Source: a virus | Taxonomy: Duplodnaviria; Caudoviricetes | DNA: 64,000 bases | Reading direction: 5' to 3' (one strand) | Virus record (IMG/VR): IMGVR_UViG_3300037247_000437 | Span: 1,297-65,296 of that record | Shown here: positions 57,379 through 64,000 of the stretch, piece by piece | Layout: each line of letters begins with the position of its first letter | How positions within the stretch are numbered: the first letter of the stretch is position 1 | The notes under the pieces: generated by a model | Told to the model about the DNA's origin: nothing | What the model saw: only the letters and a program-made list of their open reading frames with translations | Database searches by the model: none | Translations under genes and position numbers: made by a program

Positions 57379-58240
57379 ATCATGAAAACTCTATCCTATT
57401 ACATTACGCGTTCTAACGCCTGCGTATCAATGTTAATTATTGAAGGCCTAAATATATCCTCATTGATTACATCGTTGCTATACGCCGCCTTTGTGCTAGT
57501 GTGCTGTGTAGTTGTTGCAATTATTGTATATAAAGAAATGAAGTAATGGAAGAATACGAGAATAAAGCGAAATGGAAAAAAGAATGGTTTGATTATATTA
57601 AATCAAATAAAGAACATTGGAGAGAGGGATGGACGCTCTCTGCTTTACACAAAATAGAAAAGACAATTTATATGGATCGTGAAATTACCTGGGATTTATT
57701 AAGGCATGGAGCAGATAAATTTAATCCTAAAGGAATGATCATTCATGATAAAATCGCATTTGATCATTGCATGTGTAATTTCGGCAGTATGATTCATCAA
57801 AGAATACGCACATTAATATTATTGAAAGGGAAATTATAAAGAATTGGAGTAATTTTAAACTATAAACTATTATGAGCGCAATGCAAAAATTGATACACGA
57901 ACAACTTTTAGAATATACCGAGCAATTAAAAGTATTAGAAAAAGAAATGTTTCACAAATACAAGGCCGGTGAAGATTATTCTGATGATGTTGCAAAAGCG
58001 AGTGGTTTAAAATTAATGCAAAAGGAAGCGGTTTTAATGATGACACAATACGCGGATTAATTTTTAAACTATAAACGATTATGAAGAGTATAAAATCATT
58101 TTCAGTCAAGCTTAAAAATAAGTTATGGTGGATAAAGTACAACATCATAAATTGGCACAAAGTGAATATTACCAAAGAATTACCCTTTTAAATAGTCAGG
58201 CTTTTTTAATGGAAAATGTTTTGATGGTAAGTGAAAAAGG

Positions 58241-58462
58241 TTTACGTTTGTAATATGAAAACAGCAGATAAGATTTTACTTTATATTTCTAAGCATAGGC
58301 CAAGAATGTCAAAGGTTAAAATTTCTGAAGAATTGAGTATATCAAGGCCAACACTTGATAAAAAATTAGCGATGAATGATTTTTCTCCTAATGAAAATAC
58401 AATATTGATTGATCTGGGAGTCCTGGATTAATTTTTTTTGTAGATACTATTACAAACGTAAA
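58241..58462. repeat. Perfect 15-bp inverted repeat flanking a Cro-like gene
   Basis: TTTACGTTTGTAATA (58241-55) and TATTACAAACGTAAA (58448-62). Confidence 0.85.
58255..58431 (+). CDS. Cro-like HTH regulator
   Basis: MSKVKISEELSISRPTLDKKL; promoter TTTG-N19-TACGTTTG ends 4 nt before the ATG. Confidence 0.75.
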   Translation: MKTADKILLYISKHRPRMSKVKISEELSISRPTLDKKLAMNDFSPNENTILIDLGVLD

Positions 58463-58466
58463 TAAA

Positions 58467-59006
58467 ATGATTATAAAATGCACTCATTGTGGTAAAAAAG
58501 TTGATAAAAGGAGTGGGCACGTAAACCGAGCCAATAAATTAGGCGCAAGATTGTTTTGCAATAGGACTTGTTACGGATTGGATAAAAGGCATAACAGATC
58601 TTTAGATGAGCAGAAAGAAGTTAAGAGGATTTACGATTTAGAATATTGTAAAAATAATTATATCAAAAGAAAGTCGCAGCAAAAGGAATGGTTTGATCAA
58701 GATTATGCCAAACATCCAGAAAAGTATAAGGAAAGGCGTAAAGCAAAATACGAGGCCCATTTGAAATACTTGAGTACAGATAAATATAAGGCTAAGAAAA
58801 AGAAATACGATCGTGAATTCAGAGCTAAAAAGAAGTATGGTGAATTTTGGGAATCATTTATTCACCTTCAGGACATAGATAAATTCATTGATAACCGAGA
58901 GGTTAAATTACAATTATGTTTAACTAATAAAAATCAAAAAAGAAAAAGGAACTATGAAAGAATTAACAGCAGTAAACTTGAAAGAAGCCCTTTGGGGAAC
59001 TCTTAA
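58467..59006 (+). CDS. Basic protein with N-terminal zinc-binding motif
   Basis: CTHCGK...FCNRTC. Confidence 0.6.
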   Translation: MIIKCTHCGKKVDKRSGHVNRANKLGARLFCNRTCYGLDKRHNRSLDEQKEVKRIYDLEYCKNNYIKRKSQQKEWFDQDYAKHPEKYKERRKAKYEAHLKYLSTDKYKAKKKKYDREFRAKKKYGEFWESFIHLQDIDKFIDNREVKLQLCLTNKNQKRKRNYERINSSKLERSPLGNS

Positions 59007-59167
59007 TGATCTGAAAGACAATAAAATTCAGCCAGCAGAAGCCGACGCAATTGCCTGTCAATCCAGAGAAATATTGAGAACTGTAAACACTCAATTAAGG
59101 ATTACAAGCCAAAGCAAAAGGAGTGTACCCGCTGAATTAATTACATTTTCAGAGAAGTAGTATTCAA

Positions 59168-59272
59168 TCCGGTGTAGCTCAATTGGTAGAGCACGAGGAA
59201 GCCAGGTTTCGACACCTGTACTATGGCTGGTCCATTCTGCGGTATACGGGTTCGATTCCCGTCGCTGGATCA
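59168..59272 (+). tRNA. tRNA-like RNA with a non-canonical, expanded anticodon arm (no assignable anticodon)
   Basis: Acceptor TCCGGTG/CGCTGGA, TA, D-arm GCTC-AATTGGTA-GAGC, T-arm ACGGG-TTCGATT-CCCGT; 53 nt between D and T arms instead of about 23. Confidence 0.75.
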
Positions 59273-59729
59273 ACTTTAAACATTGTAATATGGAAAAATA
59301 TAAATTAAATACTAAAATTGGTCAAGTGGTTAATCATATTGAAATAAATATTAGGGCTGATTCAGATAAAAATGATACAACCAGTTTATATAAAGAGGGC
59401 ATTTATATTGAAAACCTCAAGATAGTTTACCAGACATACCACAAGATTGCTTTAGACGACACTTGGATTACCCTGCTAGATCGTAAAAAAATAGATTACA
59501 GGAAAGAGAGATTTTATACGTATTTAGAAGATTGCATAGTTTCTATAAAAACAAATGAAACATATTTTCCTAATGGAGTTTTTGGAACAATATACACTAT
59601 TGGGAATACAAAAACAGCAATAAGAAAACTCGGCAAGGCCATTGAAAAAGAGGTTAATTCACGATATGGATTTCTTTCAAAGATCAATGTAAAGGAATTG
59701 ATTGATGAGTATTTAGAAAATAATAAATA

Positions 59730-59774
59730 ATGGCTGAAGGTAAGAAATGATTTATTCTATACGCTGATAAGTAA
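59730..59774 (+). pseudogene. Relic 5' end of a replication-initiator allele
   Basis: MAEGKK*FILYADK* versus MAEGKKSFIAYCDW at 60254. Confidence 0.75.
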
Positions 59775-60091
59775 AATAATTAAATATTGTAATATGAAAC
59801 TAATCCGAAAAATAAAACGCTGGTTAAATATAAAACTAAGCCTATATCATTGGTATGAGATAAAGGTAAACTACAGGAAAGAGTATTCAGGGGAAATATT
59901 ATTTAATTATCATGTACAGCTTGGATTTCCTAATCAATCTACAATACTTAGTGAAAGGCAAGTAAAAAGCACACTCAAACCGCTTCATAAATCCAACTCA
60001 CCTGTAATTAGAAGTATTTTATGCAATGGGTTTATTGATATTGAAAGAGTCTGTTATTTAGGACATTTCAGTAAATATTCTTAAACAATCC

Positions 60092-60225
60092 TTTGAATTG
60101 ATTAGATAATTTAGTAATATTGTAATGCTTTAAAGATAATGAATTTACAATACAGAAATACCGTATATAAGACTTTCTTTAAAGCCGTGCCACTGGATCA
60201 CTCCGGGGCCGGCTTTCATTTTTTA
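60092..60225 (+). promoter_or_regulatory. Promoter plus attenuator-like leader, copy 2
   Basis: TTTG-N19-TAATATTG; GCTTTAAAGA/TCTTTAAAGC antiterminator overlapping the AAAGCCG/CGGCTTT terminator; CGTATATAAGACTTT. Confidence 0.6.
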
Positions 60226-60253
60226 AAGCAATCTATACTTAAACTTTAGATAG

Positions 60254-60883
60254 ATGGCTGAAGGTAAAAAATCATTTATTGCTTATTGTGATTGGGGCGA
60301 AATCTTTGACGAATTAGAGGATAAAGAAGCCGGAAAACTTGTAAAGCATTTATTTGATTATGTTAGAGATCGTGATCCTAAAACAGATGACAAACTAATA
60401 AAAATATTGTTTATTCAGATCCAACAGTCATTAAAAAGGGATCTAAAAAAGTATGAAAACATTTGCGATCGTAATAGGATAAATGGTGGAAAGGGAGGAA
60501 GGCCAAAGAAACCCAAAGAACCCAATGGGTTATTAGGGAACCCAAAAGAACCCAAAGAACCCGATAAAGAGAGTGATACTGTTAATGGTACTGATAATGT
60601 AAATGGTAATGGTATTGAGAGTGTGATAAACAAGAACACACACCCGGCTTTAGTTGGATTTAGAAATAATGTTTTAAAGGAAGCAAATGAGCAAGGAATA
60701 AAAATTGAAGTAGCTGAGAAATTTATTAAACACTGGACTGCTATTGATGAACATACCAAATTATTTTTATATCAAGCAACTGAACCTTTTGGAATTCAAA
60801 ACCGATTAAAAAATTGGCAAAAAATCGAAAATAAAACCAATCAAGAAAATAAAGTAGTAGATATAAATTCAGTTAACTTATGA
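60254..60883 (+). CDS. Replication initiator (DUF6291-type N-terminus)
   Basis: KKSFIAY.DW..IFDEL.D.EAGKL..HLFDY, NRINGGKGGRPKK, C-terminal FIKHW...RLKNW. Confidence 0.8.
   Translation: MAEGKKSFIAYCDWGEIFDELEDKEAGKLVKHLFDYVRDRDPKTDDKLIKILFIQIQQSLKRDLKKYENICDRNRINGGKGGRPKKPKEPNGLLGNPKEPKEPDKESDTVNGTDNVNGNGIESVINKNTHPALVGFRNNVLKEANEQGIKIEVAEKFIKHWTAIDEHTKLFLYQATEPFGIQNRLKNWQKIENKTNQENKVVDINSVNL
60510..60562 (+). repeat. Iteron-like AACCC repeats inside the initiator gene (candidate origin)
   Basis: AACCC at 60510, 60519, 60539, 60549 and 60558, plus inverted GGGTT at 60527; lambda O-like intragenic ori arrangement. Confidence 0.5.
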
Positions 60884-61566
60884 ATCAGGCATACCAACAC
60901 CTCAAAGAAGGAACCGAACATTATAATTTCATTAAAGAAAATATTGTATCATTAATTAATCGATGGAATGCGGTACATACAAAATCTCAATCAATCCCTG
61001 ATGCCGTAATAAAAGAATTCAAAAGCGTAATATACTACAATCATAATATTACAATTGACGATATAAAACCGGCAATTGATCGCGGCATGATGGGTCAATT
61101 TGGAGAAAATTACATCCTGGATGCTCAGACATTTTATAGATGGTTTACCGGATTAATGAAGCAAAAAGTAAACGAGCGTATTAAAGGCGCTGAAGCTTAC
61201 AAAGTATCAAATGTACCTGATATAACAGAAGAACAAAAACAAGCCAACAGGCAAGCCACAAGAACGGAACTGATAGAAGTATTCATGAAGTATTATAATT
61301 TCTACATGGAACACGGCGAAGTTGACGGAAACATAAAGAGATACTATGTAGTATTTTGGGATTGGTTCAGAAAACTTGGATTAATTGATATTTCAGAAGA
61401 TGAAGAAAGCAGAATGAACGAAGTTGAGGCAAAACACCTCCGGGATCTTAGATCAAAATTAAGTACGCCGGAATTAAGTCAATCGAAATACAAAAAGTTC
61501 ATTGAGATATTCAAAAGTTTGGAAGGATTAGGAATTGAAGATCAATTAAAAGCAATTAAACTATAA
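60880..61566 (+). CDS. Replication-associated hypothetical protein
   Basis: Coupled to the initiator gene; GQFGENY.LD..TFYRW. Confidence 0.5.
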   Translation: MNQAYQHLKEGTEHYNFIKENIVSLINRWNAVHTKSQSIPDAVIKEFKSVIYYNHNITIDDIKPAIDRGMMGQFGENYILDAQTFYRWFTGLMKQKVNERIKGAEAYKVSNVPDITEEQKQANRQATRTELIEVFMKYYNFYMEHGEVDGNIKRYYVVFWDWFRKLGLIDISEDEESRMNEVEAKHLRDLRSKLSTPELSQSKYKKFIEIFKSLEGLGIEDQLKAIKL

Positions 61567-61582
61567 ATAAACACTGAAAATT

Positions 61583-62761
61583 ATGGAATTAATAAAGACA
61601 AAAAACGGAAATATTATTAAAGTATACGCTAAGACTATTGAGGATACAGCGATGCGACAAATCAAAGAACTTGGTGAATTTGATCCTTATAAAGATTCCA
61701 AGATTAGAATTATGCCTGATTGCCACGCGGGGGCAGGGTGTACAATTGGCACAACAATGGAGATTAAAGATAAAATTACGCCTAATTTAGTTGGAGTTGA
61801 TATTGGTTGTGGGATGCTTACTGTGATGTTGGCTGATGATGAAATTGATTTACAGAAACTAGATGCTATTATTAATAAATATATACCTAACGGTTTCAAT
61901 ATCCACACTAAGCAAAAGGCAGAATTTGAATTTGATAAACTTTTTGCAAAAACCTTGAATATAGACCGTGCAAAATTATCACTTGGTTCTTTAGGCGGTG
62001 GAAATCATTTTATTGAAGTTGGAAAAAACTCAAAAGGTGAATTATTTTTAGTCATCCATTCGGGATCTCGAAACATCGGGGGACAAGTTGCGAAATATTA
62101 TCAAAACATTGCAATTGATAATTTAACCGATAACTCAAGAGAGCGCAAAGAATTGATTGAGCGATTAAAAAAAGAAGGTAGGCAAAAAGAAATTGGCAAA
62201 AAGTTGAATAAGCTTAAAAGGCCAGTAATTAATAATGATTTAGCATACCTAATTGGCGGTGATTTTGATAATTACATGCACGATATGGAATTGATGCAGA
62301 AATACGCTTCATTAAACCGAAAAACTATAGCTGAAATTATTTTAAGAAAAGCTGGATTGTGTGCTATTACTAATTTTGAGACAATACACAACTATATTGA
62401 CTTTGATAGAATGATGATGAGAAAAGGCGCTGTATCAGCTGAAGAAGGCGAGGTTTTATTAATACCGATTAATATGCGTGACGGGTCAATTATTGCAAAA
62501 GGTAAAGGGAATGCAGACTGGAATTACTCAGCACCACATGGAGCAGGGCGTTTAATGGGACGAAGGCAAGCGCATAAAAATTTAGATTTAGATACTTTTA
62601 AGGATCAAATGAAGGATATCTATTCTACTTCTGTACTTACCGAAACATTAGATGAGGCACCGGATGCCTATAAGCCAATGAATGAAATTATTGATTTAAT
62701 TGGTGATACTGTTGATATTATAGATATCATTAAGCCAATATATAATTTTAAGTCACATTAA
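61583..62761 (+). CDS. rtcB: RtcB RNA ligase
   Basis: MPDCHAG, GVDIGCG, GSLGGGNHF, HSGSR, HNY, RKGA, SAPHGAGR, DEAP.AYK. Confidence 0.96.
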   Translation: MELIKTKNGNIIKVYAKTIEDTAMRQIKELGEFDPYKDSKIRIMPDCHAGAGCTIGTTMEIKDKITPNLVGVDIGCGMLTVMLADDEIDLQKLDAIINKYIPNGFNIHTKQKAEFEFDKLFAKTLNIDRAKLSLGSLGGGNHFIEVGKNSKGELFLVIHSGSRNIGGQVAKYYQNIAIDNLTDNSRERKELIERLKKEGRQKEIGKKLNKLKRPVINNDLAYLIGGDFDNYMHDMELMQKYASLNRKTIAEIILRKAGLCAITNFETIHNYIDFDRMMMRKGAVSAEEGEVLLIPINMRDGSIIAKGKGNADWNYSAPHGAGRLMGRRQAHKNLDLDTFKDQMKDIYSTSVLTETLDEAPDAYKPMNEIIDLIGDTVDIIDIIKPIYNFKSH

Positions 62762-63446
62762 AATGAAACCTCTTACCGATCGACAAACGGACTTTTATAA
62801 TGCTATATGGGAATGCGCCGGAAAGAATTATAATAAATATTCCGAATCAATGACGAGGGAGTTCATTAATACAAGGCCGTACTACATAACCACCTCAATT
62901 CGATTATATATTTTTTTCTGGGTAATTTATTTGAAAATAAAGCCAGAATTATTGGGCGGCAAATTTCCAATTCGATATATTGAATTTAAAGACACTCATT
63001 TGGATTTAATGGACATTCCTCATGGAAATTGGGATGATAAATAAATAAGGCTATGATATTCAAATATTATTCATTCACTCCCTATTTTATTGTAGTGATG
63101 TTGTCAATTGGGGCAGGTTTAACAGTAATTTTACAAACCTGGATACCGCTTCGAATAATGTTTGCAGTCACGGTAATTGCGGTTTATCTTAAGCACAGAA
63201 AGCTATGACATACAAAAGACAAAAATGGACCATGTCGTCGGCTATATCAATTTGCAATAAGCTGCATTTTTTAAAGACGATATTGATAGAGCGCAAAGGG
63301 GCATTCACGTTCCATGAGTGGGATCTGATTAACAAGCTATTCAATGTTTCAGATGATTTTAAAGAAACGTGCAAGGCCGATAAAACGTATAATGCAGAGC
63401 TAATACGGTCTAACGGAAAAATCCAAGAATTAATAAGGAATAAATC

Positions 63447-63806
63447 ATGAAATTCAATCCGCAACCAAAACCCCTCAAAAGGACAAAAAGCAAACAGGAC
63501 AATATTAAGCCCGTGGCCGAAAAGAAAGTCACTGATAAGGTAAAGTATAACAAAGACTCTAAAGCGTGGATTAAAGGCAAGCGCTGTGCGTGTGGGTGTG
63601 GTGAATGTGCAAGCCTTGTTCATCACATGAGGGGGCGCGAAGGGTACGCTTCAGATAAGAAATATTTTGCCGGTATAAAATTACTATTCGATAAAGAGCA
63701 CTGGTTAGCATGTTGTTTTAATTGTCACGTTGAAATTCATAATAATCCAGAGTTCGCTTATAAGGAAGGGTATTTGGATAGTAGATCAGGAAATATTTAC
63801 AGATAA
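63447..63806 (+). CDS. HNH-like zinc-finger nuclease (NinG-like)
   Basis: CACGCGEC...VHH.RGR...LACCFNCHVEIH. Confidence 0.7.
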   Translation: MKFNPQPKPLKRTKSKQDNIKPVAEKKVTDKVKYNKDSKAWIKGKRCACGCGECASLVHHMRGREGYASDKKYFAGIKLLFDKEHWLACCFNCHVEIHNNPEFAYKEGYLDSRSGNIYR

Positions 63807-64000
63807 ACATAATAATACTTAATAAAGTTCTTGTTTCTAATATATATGTTTAGTATATTTACATATAAATTAAAACAAGTGATTATGACATTATGTTCCT
63901 GTTGCCTGGTTGAGATTTCAGAACCCGTATTCGTGAAAGGAAAACCATACGGATATTCTTGTGCAAAGAAATTTATGGACAAACCGACTAAGGTTATTAA

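Larger units (their letters stand above)
1..64000 (+). mobile_element. Tailed bacteriophage genome segment (siphovirus-like), probable Bacteroidota host
   Basis: terS/terL-portal-scaffold-capsid-tail-tape measure-lysis gene order; co-oriented dense small ORFs; Bacteroidota-type TAnnTTTG promoters; no host housekeeping genes. Confidence 0.95.

Noticed and set aside
59748-59750. In-frame TGA suggesting stop-codon reassignment
   Set aside because: TGA, TAG and TAA all terminate intact genes and long genes are uninterrupted in code 11; this TGA lies in a short relic.
652-63982. The many minus-strand ORFs in the six-frame track
   Set aside because: Nearly all are shadows of + strand genes or cross terminators; they have Ser/Phe/Leu-rich antisense composition and no recognisable motifs.

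Overview
The window is about 64 kb of an AT-rich tailed-phage genome, probably a siphovirus. Its host is very probably a Bacteroidota bacterium, judged from TTTG-N19/20-TAnnTTTG promoters, the lack of Shine-Dalgarno motifs and A-rich leaders. Essentially every credible gene is on the + strand. Layout: many small accessory ORFs (1-11.7 kb); a PLD-like gene, terS and terL separated by inserted ORFs (11.7-18.8 kb); portal, scaffold, capsid, neck, tail, tape measure and fibres (19-40 kb); lysis (40-42 kb); a non-coding-rich host-takeover or early region (42-54 kb) with two radical-SAM enzymes, a metallopeptidase and a methyltransferase; and recombination, replication and RNA-repair genes (54-64 kb: YqaJ exonuclease, DNA methyltransferase, MazG-like, replication initiator, RtcB, HNH-like). 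No integrase, polymerase, reverse transcriptase or CRISPR array was seen. The most striking unexplained signal is non-coding. Tandem promoter / short U-G-rich tract / terminator mini-units sit at 42.05-42.31 kb and 44.18-44.52 kb, with similar singletons at 49.93 and 52.28 kb. Several of these tracts are reverse complements of Bacteroidota-style translation-initiation regions including the AUG, which suggests a phage array of antisense small RNAs. One unit matches a leader motif shared by a roughly 10-gene cassette array at 46-49.7 kb. Other candidates are two covarying attenuator-like leaders, a tRNA-like RNA with a 30-nt expanded anticodon arm, a 75-bp direct repeat that appears to have captured an HTH gene, and several relics of gene starts. 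All protein calls come from motif recognition by eye, not database searches.
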